64,000 nucleotides of DNA from assembly GCA_051362555.1 (NCBI GenBank), contig CM120641.1, positions 17,856,001 to 17,920,000 on the forward strand, given 5' to 3'. Positions 36,898 to 50,190 of the stretch are shown here, one piece after another (position 1 is the first letter of the stretch; every line of letters starts with the position of its first letter). A program made the translations under genes and the position numbers. The DNA comes from Lingula anatina. Lineage: Eukaryota; Animalia; Brachiopoda. Under the pieces are notes generated by a model, which saw nothing but the letters and a program-made list of their open reading frames with translations, was not told the origin of the DNA and made no database searches.

Positions 36898-37821
36898 TTT
36901 TTATTCTTTTTTGGGAATCTAAAAATACAAATTTTTTTTATTTCTTCATTCTTTTTGAAAAAAAGCAGCTGTATTATATTTTAAAAAAATAACATCCAGC
37001 CAACGTTCCTTCTCCTTGGGAGTTTAACCCCCTTGAAGAGAGAGTAAAACTATAGTGTGAGGCTTGTTGTCCTGCCTATGGGCCCATTCAGAATAGTCTA
37101 AGGCTCAAATATGGCAACCCACTACAAAGCTTGCTGCCTGATCCAATAATAGACACTGAATGGATATCCCGTGGGGAAGTACTCAAGTGGGTCCACATTG
37201 GACCCCCGGACTTGTTAGTCCCCTATTCTGAGTGGGACCTATGAATTATCAGTTCTATTTTCCAGTAATTGAGTTAAACTACTGCCAACGCTTTGCATCC
37301 CAATTTTGGATGCGTGTCAGCAGACTGTAACAGTAACTTGATAAACCTAATCGTGCAAGTTACACAGATAACTGTGTACGAATGTCAACATTAAGTAAAA
37401 CATCAATCATCAGTGACTTTAAGTTCATAATTCGTGCACAAATTCATAAAAATTAAAATTGAAGCGGCCTGGTCCGAGTATTCACGTTAGCAATGTTTAC
37501 TCTTCAGATATAGGGTCTGTCAACTCGGGAGACATAAAAAAATAGGCTTGTTCAGTATCATTAATGTTTCTTTTTCAAATGTGACGGTATTACATACTAA
37601 CCTAACACCTTCAGAGAGGGTTGATCTATTACCACCTCGGTCACAACACTAGCAATGGCTACCACATCCGGGACATTCTGACCTTCTCCCTGCATCCTCT
37701 TTTAAAAAGGTGGCGCTGTAGTCGTTCTATGTGACAAGAAAAGTAGTGTACGGAAGATTGTAAGAGCCACAACACAAAAATAAAAACAGCGACACAAAAA
37801 CACACACGAACCTCACAACAC

Positions 37822-40800
37822 AACAAGGCAGCAAAGCTGTCAAATGTACAGACAAAGAACAGAAAATAAAGATGCAAATAAGTGAAAAATTAAATTTTCA
37901 CAAAAAACTGTTAAATTGCCAGAAAAATTTACCAAACAGACTGCGTTGCCTATTGAAGCTGTATGTTAGACCCATGTTTCTTTCCTGTAAGTTTGAGAAC
38001 AGTAAGTGACATGATTTCCCTTAAATGGTCATCATAGGAGCAGTGCCCAAAATAGGGGTTTCTTCAAATTTTGATGCAACATTACATAATGTTTAACAGC
38101 ATAATGACAATCAAATGTTATTAATAAAATATTAGTAACATGGACATTCATAAAATGTGACAAGCAAAAGTCTTCAAGATCATGGAACTTTAAAGTCACA
38201 CCTTGAAAATGCCAATAAGTGAAAAATTAAATTTTCACAAAAAACTGTTTAACTGCCAAAAAAACAAAAACAAACAGACTGCATTGCCTACTGAAGCTGT
38301 ATTTTAGTCCCATGTTTCTATCCTGTAAGTTTGAGAACAGTAAGTGACATGATTTTCCTTAAATGGTTATCATGGAAGCAGTGCCCAAAATGGGGGTTTC
38401 TTCAAATTTTGATGCAATATTACGTAATGTTTAACAGCTTAATGACCATCAATTTTTAATTATATAATATTTGTATCACAGATATTCAGAAAATGTGACT
38501 AGCAAAGGTCTTCAGGCCCATGGAACTTCAAAGTCACGCCTTGATAATGCCAAAATGTAAACAAGACAGCACTGTTCTGAAATGGGTTTATTTCCATTTT
38601 TAACACTTTTTTAACATAAAACAAAATAAACATTTTACTGCCATTTTTATATGTCCAACTAAGAAAATTGATGAGATGGGAAAAGTATCAATAGAACAGT
38701 GTTAAATGTCCAATTTCCTCCATTCTGAGATTCTGAACAAAGTGGATGATTGAATCTGACAAACGGCAATGATATGAGTTTATTTCCATTTTTGACACTT
38801 TATTACACAATACATGATAACAAGTTTACCATGTTTTTTACATAATCAACTAACAATGTTGTAAAGATGCAGGAAATATCAAACAAACACTTTTAGGCAT
38901 CTTATTAGTTAAATAATGAGACTGTTAACATGCCTAATAATTGAATCTGAGGAAATGTGAAAAAACAGTATAACTTCTTAAGTAATGGCCCGATTATGCT
39001 TATTTTCGAACTCAACCTGCGTTTTAGTAAGATTGACCACTCCTGTGAGTATAATTACAATTGGCCAATCCGTTTTTCTTATATTGTGTTATCAGTGTTG
39101 CATTTATATTGAAAATAGTGAAAAAACAGCATAAATTCCCTAAAAGTGACCCGATCATGCTGATTTCCGAACTTGACCTGCGTATTATGAATATTCATCA
39201 GTTCTGTAAGTTTCAAGTCAAAAGGTAAAATGGTTTTCCACTTATCGTGTTATCGGTGCTGCATATATGCTGAAAAAAGTGAAACAAGGCAGCAAAGCTG
39301 TCAAATGTACAGACAAAAAGCAGGAAATAACTATGCACAAAATAGGCTACTGTCAATTCTGATGCAAAAGTACATTATGTTAAACTGCAAATTCAACATC
39401 AAATTTAAATTATGCTCAACAGGTAATACCAATGTAAGTAAAATGTGTAACAAGCATAAGGCTTCAGGCCCATGGCAGTTCAAGTTCACACTTTGAAAAT
39501 GTATAACTTCCAGAAAAAGAAGCCAATTAGACTGCTTTTCCAACTCAGGCTGCATTTTAGTCCTGTATTTCTTTTCTGAACGTTTGGCAATCATCAGTAA
39601 CATGGTTTTCCCATAATGGTCATCATGGCAGCAGCACCCAAAATTGTGTTTTCTTCTATTCTGATGCAATATTACATAGTGGTTAACAGCATAATGACCT
39701 TCAATTTTTAATAATAAAATATGCGTATCATGGATTTTCAGAAAATGTGACTAGCATGTGTCTTCAAGCCCATGGAACTTCAAAGTCACACCTTGAAAAT
39801 GCCAATATGTGAAAAATTAAATTTTCACAAAAAAAAACTGTTTAACTAGCAGAAAGAATTACCAAACAGACTGCATTGCCTACTGAAGCTGTATTTTAGT
39901 CCCATGTTTCTTTCCTGTAAGTTTGAGAACAGTAATGGGAGCAGTGCCCAAAATATTTTTTTCCAAATTTTGATGCAATATTACATAACGTTTAACAGCA
40001 TAATGACCATCAATTTTTAATAATAAAATATTAGTATTATGGATATTCAGAAAATGTGACTAGCAAAGGTCTTCAGGCCCATGGAACTTCAAAGTCACAA
40101 CTTGAAAATGCCAAAATGTAAACAAGACAGCACTGTTCTGAAATGTTTTTTTTTTTTCATTTTTAACACTTTTTTAACATAAAACAAAATTAACAGTTTA
40201 CTGCCATTTTTATATGATCAACTAAGAAAATTGATGAGATGTGAAAAATATCAATAAAACGGTGTCAAATGTCCAATTTCCTCCATTCTGAGTTTCTGAA
40301 CATAGTGAATGATTGAATCTTACAAACTGCAGTGATATGAGTTTATTTCCATTTTTGACACCTTATTACACAATACACGATTACAAGTTTACCATCATTT
40401 TTACGTAATCAACTAACAATGTTGTAAAGATGCAGGAAATGTCAAACAAACACTTTTACGTATCTTATTAATTAAATAATGAGACTGTTAACATGCCTAA
40501 GAATTGAATCTGAGGAAATGTGAAAAAACAGCATAACTTATAAAATAATGGTCCGATTATGCTGATTTTCGAACTTGACCTGCGTTTTAGTAAGATTGAT
40601 TACTCCTGTGAGTTTCATGACAACAGGCCTATGGGTTTTCCTTGAAATGTGTTAACAGTGTTGCATATGTGCTGAAAAGTGAAAAAACAGCATAACTTAT
40701 AAAATAATGGTCCGATCATGCCGATTTTTGAACTTGATCTGCGTTTTAGTAAGATTGATTACTCCTGTGAGTTTCATGACAACAGGCCTATGGGTTTTCC

Positions 40801-41636
40801 TTGAAATGTGTTAACAGTGTTGCATATATGCTGAAAAGTGAAAAAACAGCATAAATTCTACAATAATGGCCCGATCATGCTGATTTTCGAACTTGACCTG
40901 TGTTTTATGAATATTCATCAGCTCTGTAAATATAAAGCCAAAAAGTAAAACTGTCTTCCACTTATGGTGTTAACGCTGAAAGTGCACGGCGACGGCGACA
41001 TGATCGGCGACGGCGACGGCGACGGCGACGACAGACGCAGGTGATGGCAATATGTACAGACACATCTGTGTCTGTACATAAAAACAGCATAAATTCCCTA
41101 AAAGTGACCCGATCTTGCTGATTTTCGAACTTAACCTGCGTATTATGAATATTCATCAGTTCTGTAAGTTTCAAGTCAAAAGGTAAAATGGTTTTCCACT
41201 TATCGTGTTATCGGTGCTGCATACATGCTGAAAAAAGTGAAGAAACAGCATAAATTCCCTAAAAGTGACCCGATCATGCTGATTTTCGAACTTGACCTGC
41301 GTATTATGAATATTCATCAGTTCTGTAAGTTTCAAGTCAAAAGGTAAAATGGTTTTCCACTTATCGTGTTATCGGTGCTGCATATATGCTGAAAAAAGTG
41401 AAAAAACAGCATAAATTCCCTAAAAGTGACCCGATCATGCTGATTTTCGAACTTGACCTGCATATTATGAATATTCATCAGTTCTGCAAGTTTCAAGTCA
41501 AAAGGTAAAATGGTTTTCCACTTATCGTGTTATCGGTAAGTGCACGGCGACGGCGACGGCGGCAACGGCGGCAACGGCGACGACAGACGCAGATGATGGC
41601 TATATGTACAGACACATCTGTGTCTGTACATAAAAA
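37822..41636 (-). mobile_element. Family A HINE (outer) containing a nested family A copy
   Basis: Both termini intact. The 161-bp tandem unit is interrupted at about 39282 and resumes at 41081. Confidence 0.8.
39283..41080 (-). mobile_element. Nested family A HINE (inner)
   Basis: Complete termini, inserted in the A-run of GTGAAAAAACAGC with no evident TSD. Confidence 0.8.
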
Positions 41637-42019
41637 TCACTACATAACAACACGCAAATCTCATTACACAAAAATTCAAAAATTAAATCCTAGGATAAAA
41701 CATGATGTTCCAATTAGGCTACTTAACAAATATATTTATAAGGAAGAGATTGTCGTTTACCCCAGGATTTGTAACCAATGGTTCATGGTGGTTAATGAAT
41801 CCGTTCTGACAATTCATGTTAATCAAATATTTCTCAAATGTCTCTTGAGACATAATTGCGATGGGCAGCCGCCTTAAGTAAAATGAATAATACAATATAT
41901 AATTATAATGATAATATAATTTTAGCGATGGGATGGATACAACTTATTGTTAGGCTTTTTCTTCATTTTCTTGTCAGGAAAAAATTGAAAGCGGTGCGGT
42001 GGTGCGTTTTTACCCTAAT

Positions 42020-42123
<104 letters not shown>

Positions 42124-42966
42124 ATATTTTGATAAAGATATCTTTAGTTGGACATGTTTTCTGAAGATTATGTACACGCCGTTCAAGTCATTTTGACGGC
42201 CTGACGCAATTCCTTTAAGGCTCTTTCCGCTGTAGACGCTTAAATAGGCCTTTCTCTGAAACTTTGCCTATTTGATCCTGAACCCCAAAGCATGTGTCAC
42301 ACGAAACCGTTGAGAAAATAAAGGTCGAGGTATAGGTTTTTAAGATCACTTAAAGAAAAAAAAGCGCAGCATTTTTTTTTCGTCTAAACTTCTCGCCATT
42401 ACTCCCCTTAAATTTAAATTGACGATTAAAGCTTCGAGTTGCCTACCGGTATGCATTGCAACGAGAAATATAGGCCTAAACGCCGATATTTCATATTTTC
42501 AAGGGGATTTTTATTGTTTTAAATCAGCACAAATATATTGGATAATTAGATGCAAGAAAAAACTCATTTTCGGTATCTGGATGATAATAAAGGCCTACAA
42601 TACCTTTAAGGAAGTCTGTCGGAATGAACAGTGGCGTCAGCCACAGAAAGTTCACGCCCGTCACTTTGAATAGTAATAGCAACAACATCAGTACTTAGAG
42701 ATAATTATAATGTTACTTATTTCTCACGGCTATTCAAAAGTCACTGGAAAAACTCAGATAAAAACACAGTTTTATCTTATATCACCGTGTCTAGGATCCT
42801 TCAAGTATATGTTTGAAAAATTATATAGGAAAAAATGAAACACTGTTTAACCGGACTCTGGACTCTTGTTGATTAATTATAGTATATATTACCATCGACA
42901 ACAGCAAAAAGAAACAAGGCAGCAAAGCTGTCAAATGTACAGACAAAAAACAGAAAATAAAGATAT

Positions 42967-44470
42967 AACAAGGCAGCAAAGCTGTCAAATGTACAGACAA
43001 AGAACAGAAAATAAAGATGCAAATAAGTGAAAAATTAAATTTTCACAAAAAACTGTTAAATTGCCAGAAAAATTTACCAAACAGACTGCATTGCCTACTG
43101 AAGCTGTATTTTAGTCCCATGTTTCTTTCCTGTAAGTTTGAGAACAGTAAGTGACATGATTTCCCTTAAATGGTCAGCATAGGAGCAGTGCCCAAAATAG
43201 GGGTTTCTTCAAATTTTGATGCAATATTACATAATGTTTAACAGCTTAATGACCATCAATTTTTGATTATAAAATATTTGTTTCACAGATATTCAGAAAA
43301 TGTGACTAGCAAAGGTCTTCAGGCCCATGGAACTTCAAAGTCACTCCTTGAAAATGCCAAAATGTAAACAAGACAGCACTGTTCTGAAATGGGTTTATTT
43401 CCATTTTTAACACTTTTTTAACATAAAACAAAATAAACATTTTACTGCCATTTTATATGACCAACTAAGAAAATTGATGAGATGGGAAAAGTATCAATAG
43501 AACAGTGTTAAATGTCCAATTTCCTCCATTCTGAGATTCTGAACATAGTGGATGATTGAATCTGACAAACTGCAATGATATGAGTTTATTTCCATTTTTG
43601 ACACTTTATTACACAATACATGATAACAAGTTTACCATGTTTTTTACATAATCAACTAACAATGTTGTAAAGATGCAGGAAATATCAAACAAACACTTTT
43701 AGGCATCTTATTAGTTAAATAATGAGACTGCTAACATGCCTAATAATTGAAGCTGAGGAAATGTTAAAAACAGTATAACTTCTAAAATAATGGCCCGATT
43801 ATGCTGATTTTCGAACTCAACCTGCGTTTTAGTAAGATTGACCACTCCTGTGAGTATAATTACAATTGGCCAATCTGTTTTTCTTATATTGTGTTATCAG
43901 TGTTGTATTTATATTGAAAATAGTGAAAAAACAGCATAAATTCCCTAAAAATGGCCCAATCATGCTGATTTTCGAACTTGACCTGCGTATTATGAATATT
44001 CATCAGTTCTGTAAGTTTCAAGTCAAAAGGTAAAATGGTTTTCCACTTATCGTGTTATCGGTGCTGCAAATATGCTGAAAAAAGTGAAAAAACAGCATAA
44101 ATTCCCTAAAAGTGGCCCGAACATGCTGATTTTCGAACTTGACCTGCGTATTATGAATATTCATCAGTTCTGTAAGTTTCAAGTCAAAAGGTAAAATGGT
44201 TTTCCACTTATCGTGTTATCGGTGCTGCATATATGCTGAAAAAAGTGAAAAAACAGCATAAATTCCCTAAAAGTGACCCGATCATGCTGATTTTCGAACT
44301 TGACCTGCGTATTATGAATATTCATCAGTTCTGCAAGTTTCAATTCAAAAGGTAAAATGGTTTTCCACTTATCGTGTTATCGGTAAAAGTGCACGGCGAC
44401 GACGGCGACGACGGCGACGACAGACGCAGATGATGGCTATATGTACAGACACATCTGTGTCTGTACATAA
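42967..44470 (-). mobile_element. Nested family A HINE (inner)
   Basis: Complete termini. The empty site is visible in the sister copy at 61741-61806. Confidence 0.8.
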
Positions 44471-44972
44471 AAAAAGGTCATTTTGTCAATTTTGATGCAA
44501 TAATAAATAATGCTTATAATAGCACTGTCAGTCAACACTGAATTTTAATCATGCACAACAGGTAACATGGTCAATAACAGGAGCGGACCCTGAGATATTT
44601 TCTGACAGTATTCCAAAGTATCTATGTTGATCCATCCTCCATTTTGATGGTCTTCCAACAGAAAAAAATAGATACCAGTCAATATAAACTTAATAACCTG
44701 TCTTCCAGAAGACCCAGAAGATGGTAATAATCCACCCCTTCAATAAGATTACAGTTTCAGGACCATGAGAGACCAAAGTCACATGATGAAAGTCTCAATA
44801 TTTAAAAAATGATGACAGTGCATAAAATAATATTATATAATGTTTAAAGACATAAAAAACAATACAATTGCTTATGTGGAAATACAGAAAATGTGCAGAG
44901 CCTCGAGCGGATGAGAGTTAAAAGTCACAAATGCAAGTGTTTGAGAAAAAATAGTAAAGGAAAACATAACAA

Positions 44973-45207
44973 AACTAGAAAACCACCGAGAGTGCAGACC
45001 TCTGCCAAGGCAGCAATTGTTGATTATTATTGATTATTGATTGATTATTGAGCCAGACCACCACTAAAAACTAATCATTGTCCTCTTTGGCCCAATTCTG
45101 ACAGTTCCTGAAAATTTCAGCAAAATCGGTCCATAACTTTTTGAGTTATGTTGATGACAGACAAACAGGGGTGAAAATATAATCTCCTTGGCAGAGCCTG
45201 AGGTAAA
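44973..45207 (-). mobile_element. Small HINE-type element (family C) embedded in family A
   Basis: subTIRs ACCTCTGCCAAGG / CCTTGGCAGAG with a CTAGTT end; better-preserved copy at 61048-61234. Confidence 0.65.
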
Positions 45208-45248
45208 TATAATTTCAATGAAGCTGCTTTTCAAATTTTTAATCTTTG

Positions 45249-45250
<2 letters not shown>

Positions 45251-45302
<52 letters not shown>
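45251..45302. repeat. (TA)n microsatellite
   Basis: Visible run; counterpart at 60943-61000. Confidence 0.95.
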
Positions 45303-45305
<3 letters not shown>

Positions 45306-47473
45306 ACCTGCATAATTATCACTGCTTCCTTATTATTAATCTAGCAGAGAGCTTAACTTTTGGGAGTTTACAAGGAAATATCAACAAGTGTGCTTTATGT
45401 AATCTCCTTTAATGGCCTATCAATTAGGCAAAGGACTTTATAACTCAGAAATTAGCTAAGTGATACCCAAGGGATATTAACAGACTGACCCTCTCAAAGG
45501 TCTTTCAGGCCCATAAGTCACATCTTAAGAAAAGCACAAAACAATAATGCACAAAATAGGAGACTACCAATTCTGATGCAATAATACATTATGTTTTACT
45601 GCACAGTCAACATCAAATTTTAATTATGCACAACAGGTAACAACGACGAAAGTAAAAGCATAAGGCTTCAGGCCCATCAGAGTTCAAGTTTATACTTAGA
45701 AAGTGCCAGAATGAGAAAAATGAAAATTTCACACAAAATTGCATAAATTCAATAATAAATGATAACCCAATTGACCTGGCTTTCTAATTTGAACTGCATG
45801 CCAATCCTAAAAATCATACTTGTAAGTTAAAAATAATAATAAGTAACACAGTTTTCTTTTCATAATGTTTGCAGTAGCAATGCAAAAATATTGTTGTCAA
45901 TTTTGATGTAACATTACATAATAAATTATAGAATAATTATCACCAATTTTTGATTATTGACAATAAATAGCATGGACATGTAGAAAATTTGATCACCATT
46001 CGGCTTCATGTCCATGGGAGCTCCGAGTCCCACAATGAATATGCCAAAAAGATAATGAATATTTCACTCAAATGTATAACTTCCAGAAAAAGAAGCCAAT
46101 GATTAGACTGCTTTTCCAACTCATTCTGCATTTTAGTCCTGTGTTTCTTTTTTAAAGGTTTGACAGTCATAACACGGTTTTCCCATAATGGTCATCTTGG
46201 CAGCAGCACCAAAAATTGTGTTTTCTTCTATTTTGATGCAACATTACGTAATGCTTAACAGTATAATGACCATCAATTTTTAATAATAGAATATTAGTAA
46301 CATGGACATTCAGAAAACGTGACAAGCAAAGGTCTTCAGGATCTTGGAACTTCAAAGTCACACCTTGAAAATGCCAATATGTGAAAAATTAAATTTTCAC
46401 AAAAAACTGTTTAACTGCCAGAAAAAATTACCAAACAGACTGCATTGCCTACTGAAGCTGTATTTTAGCCCCATGTTTCTTTCCTGTAAGTTTGAAAACA
46501 GTAAGTGACATGGTTTTTCTTAAATGGTCATCATGGGAGCAGTGCCCAAAATAGGTGTTTCTTCAAATTTTGATGCAATATTACATAATGTTTAACAGCA
46601 TAATGACCATCAATTTTTAATAATAAAATATTAGTATCATGGATATTCAGAAAATGTGACTAGCAAAGGTCTGCAGGCTCATGGAACTTCAAAGTCACAT
46701 CTTAAAAATGCCAAAATGTAAACAAGACAGCACTGTTCTGAAATGGGTTTATTTCCATTTTTAACATTTTTTAAACATAAAACAAAATAAACAGTTTGTT
46801 GCCATTTTTATATGACCAACTAAGAAAATTGATGAGATGGGAAAAATATCAATAGAACAGTGTTAAATGTCCAATTTCCTCCATTCTGAGATTCTGAACA
46901 TAGTGGATGATTGAATCTGACAAACTGCAATGATATTAGTTTATTTCCATTTTTGACACTATATTACACAATACACGATAACAAGTTTACCATCATTTTT
47001 TACATAATCAATTTAAAATGTTGTAAAGATGCAGCAAATATCAAACAAACACTTTTATGTATCTTATTAGTTAAATAATGAGACTGTTAACATGCCTAAG
47101 AATTGAATCTGAGGAAATGTGATAAAACAGCATAACTTCTAAAATAAAGGCCCGATTATGCTGATTTTCGAACTCAACCTGCATTTTAGTTAGTTTGACT
47201 ACTCCTGTGAGTATAATGACAATAGAGTCTTTTCCACGAAATCGTGAGCATGCGCAGTTCGCGCCATTTTGTGCGGGACTGTTTCTCAGGGGGAAAGAGT
47301 AGAAGGCACTGAGCAGAAGGGGCCTTCGGTACTTTTGTAGTATACCCCCCACCCTGTAACTTTCTGTAACTTTCACTTTTCAAACAGTTTTTTACATTTT
47401 ATTGTTTATCTATGTCAAAGCTGTTGAAATAAAATGCTTTTGTAATTACCTGTGGACTTTTTATTAGTGTTAA

Positions 47474-48615
47474 CAGGGGCGGATTCAGAGTTATTTCCTG
47501 ACAGTCTTCCAAATTATCTTTGTTGATCCGTTCTTCATTTTTGACCGTCTTTCGACAGAAAAAATTAGATACCCGCCAATGTAAACTTGAAAATCTGACC
47601 GTCTTCTGGAAGACCCAGAAGACGCCCTAAGGCCACACTTTTTTTATTTTATGGATGACATCCTGCGCACGCACCGATTTTCGCCCGTTCTCCAAAAAAA
47701 AAAAAAAAAAAAAAAGCCCCCCCCCCCCCCCTCCAGCCCCCAACAAAGTCGGTTGTGGCAAATGTCGTTATTGAATTTGCCAGGAAATGAGCTTTCTGCG
47801 CATGTGTATTTTCGCTACATGGAAATGCATCCACTTTGCCGTCAAATTCATCTCTAGGATTACTTTCAAATAACACAACAACAAAAGTCATAAAGAGAAC
47901 GGGCGCCATCGTTTTGGATTGGTATGCCATTGATATTTGGCATGGAGATATCACCTTTTTACAATTGTGCGAAAGGCTGGCGGCGGCCGAAAAATTTCTG
48001 TGACATTCTGTACAAAGCAGCACATTAATACCAGGTTTTCTGTAGCGAAAAAAGGGACGACAAGGGCGTCGAGGTATTTGGTGGGCTGAAGGTCGGACAG
48101 GCCACCTGACAGTTTGGCTGCTTCGTGTGAGTTGAAGTAGACAAAATGTCATCGTCCGAATTGACCTTTAATAGATTTGGCAGTATTAAGCATATCTTTG
48201 CATTATTTTTAAACATTTCTGTGAAGTGTTCAAAATGCTGTAATATTCTGAGAATACAAATAAAGACACACTGTTTGATTGATATTTGTTTTATTGATTG
48301 CTATACCAAATGAATTCATGAAATAACCTTAAATAGATTTGGTAATATGACTTTTAATATTCATGACTTTTTTACATTTCTACGAAGTATTCACAATGCT
48401 TTAATATTTTTAGAGCATGGATAAAGACATATTGTTCGTTTGATACGTGTAACTGTGGTAAAATTTGTGTTTCCAGCTGTGTACTGACAGCATTCCTTTA
48501 CTTAAGCAGTATTTTTTTTTGGACGATTTTTTTTTTCGCCCTCGCGCACCGATTTTGGGGTACCCAGAGGATGTCATCCATAAAAATAAAAAAGTGTGGC
48601 CTAAATCCGCCCCTG
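47474..48615. mobile_element. CAGGGGCGGAT-TIR MITE with 5-bp TSD (hAT5-like), nested
   Basis: GTTAA|CAGGGGCGGATT ... AATCCGCCCCTG|GTTAA. Uninterrupted copy at 53417-53584. Confidence 0.8.
47631..48601. mobile_element. PIF/Harbinger-type non-autonomous element with TAA TSD, nested
   Basis: TAA|GGCCACACTTTTTT..ATTTTATGGATGACATCCT ... AGGATGTCATCCATAAAAATAAAAAAGTGTGGCC|TAA. Confidence 0.8.
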
Positions 48616-49758
48616 GTTAATCACGTTTAATCCAGCCCATTGAAATACAAAGTTAAAATCTTCAATTTACACCCGCAGTCAATAACTTGCCGCATTTTCG
48701 TTGGCTAACTCTAAGGTAATTTTATGTGAACAAGAAGCTCATAATAATTCACAGAGGAAATCCAAGTATACAATGTATCAATCCTATGTTCACATAAAAT
48801 AAGGTAGAGTTAGCCAACAAAAACGCAGCAAGTTATTGACTGCGGTTACATTGTAAATTTTCACATTGTATTTCAATGGGGTGGAATAAACGTGATTAAA
48901 ACTAATAAAAAGACCACAGGTAATTACAAAAACATTTTATTTCAACAGCTTTGACATAGGTGCAAAAGACAATGTAAAAAATGTTAGATGAAGGTTTCAG
49001 GAAGTTACAGGGTGGGGGGTATACTTCAAAAGTACCGAATGTCCTATCTTTGCTGTCGATGAGGTAAGTTTTTAGTTCTTTCATTGAAAAGTCATCAGGT
49101 ACTTCTGCTTAATTTCTATTCCAACTGCTCCCATGAATGTGTTTTCGAAAAAAATCAAGTGATAACATGTTACGAAACTTTGAAAATTCAGATTGAAATG
49201 AGCACTCCTCGATATGGCGTCCGTCGTGTACACTCCACACTTTCCCCCTGAAACTTCAAATCCCGCAAAATCTCGCGTTCCCACGGATAATTTAGCGGAA
49301 GACACGTGACCGTGGAAAAGACTCTATTGGCCTATCTGTTTTTCTTATATTGTGTTATCAGTGTTGCGTATATGTTGAAAAAAGGGAACAAACAGCATAA
49401 CTTCCCTAAAAATGGCCCGATCATGCTGATTTTCGAACTTGACCTGCGGATTATAAATATTCATCAGTTTTGTAAGTTTATAGCCAAAAAGTAAAATGGT
49501 TTTCCACTTATCGTGTTATCGGTGCTGCATATATGCTGAAAAAAGTGAAAAAACAACATAACTTCCATCAAAATGGCCTAATCATGCTGTTTTTCGAACT
49601 TGACCTGCGTATTATGAATATTCATCAGTTCTGTAAGTTTCAAGCCAAAAGGTAAAACGGTTTTTCACCTATCTTGTTATCGGTGAAAGTGCACGGCGAC
49701 GACGACAGACGCAGGGGATGGCTATAGATGTGTCTGTACATAAAAATTCGGACCATTA

Positions 49759-49972
49759 GGGTCTATTCCCACAACTTTAGATCGATCTATCACAGCGGGG
49801 AGTCTCACCAGACTACCGTCAGATAATCCCCCTTAAGTGTCCGTCCCCGCCCACTACAAGCCGTAAGGGGCAATTAACTTGCGTGTCCGCCCGGCTGACA
49901 GCTATTCAGCGCGAACCCCCAGGGAGTTAGGTCGATCCAAAGTAGGTCGATCTAATCTATGGAAATGGGGTG
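49759..49972 (-). mobile_element. 215-bp Harbinger-like MITE
   Basis: TTA TSD; closely matches 31218-31432. Confidence 0.85.
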
Positions 49973-49976
49973 TTAA

Positions 49977-50190
49977 GAGTGCATTCCCAGAGATTTAGAT
50001 CGATCCAGAGATTTAGATTTAGATCGACCTAACTCCCTGGGGGTTCACGCTAAATTGCAGTCAGCCGAGCGCGCACCATAGTTAATTACCCCCTTACATC
50101 TTTTAGTAGGCGGGGCAGACGCTTAAGCCGGCTAAGCTGACAGTTATCTAGTGAGACTCCCCACAGGGATAGATCGATCTAAAATCTAGG
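49977..50190 (+). mobile_element. Variant of the 215-bp MITE, inverted and adjacent to the previous copy
   Basis: TTTAGATCGACCTAACTCCCTGGGGGTTCACGCTAA ... GATAGATCGATCTAAAATCTA as in 23655-23869. Confidence 0.7.

Larger units (their letters stand above)
47224..49325. mobile_element. TIR element with AT TSD (ISL2EU-like, non-autonomous) and a long internal foldback
   Basis: AT|AGAGTCTTTTCCACG ... CGTGGAAAAGACTCT|AT. Empty site ACAATTGGCC in sister HINE units near 39057 and 43862. Confidence 0.75.
42912..49746 (-). mobile_element. Long composite family A HINE carrying several nested insertions
   Basis: Terminus at 42912, resumes at about 44474 after the inner copy, resumes again at 49326, ends GTGTCTGTACATAAAAA. 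44474-46200 is the reverse complement of about 60000-61746. Confidence 0.75.

Noticed and set aside
37596-37606. CTAACCTAAC considered as a telomerase RNA template
   Set aside because: A short match expected by chance, with no supporting structure.
47649-48216. ORFs inside the Harbinger-type element considered as a transposase
   Set aside because: No DDE or Myb motifs; the frames run through homopolymer tracts.
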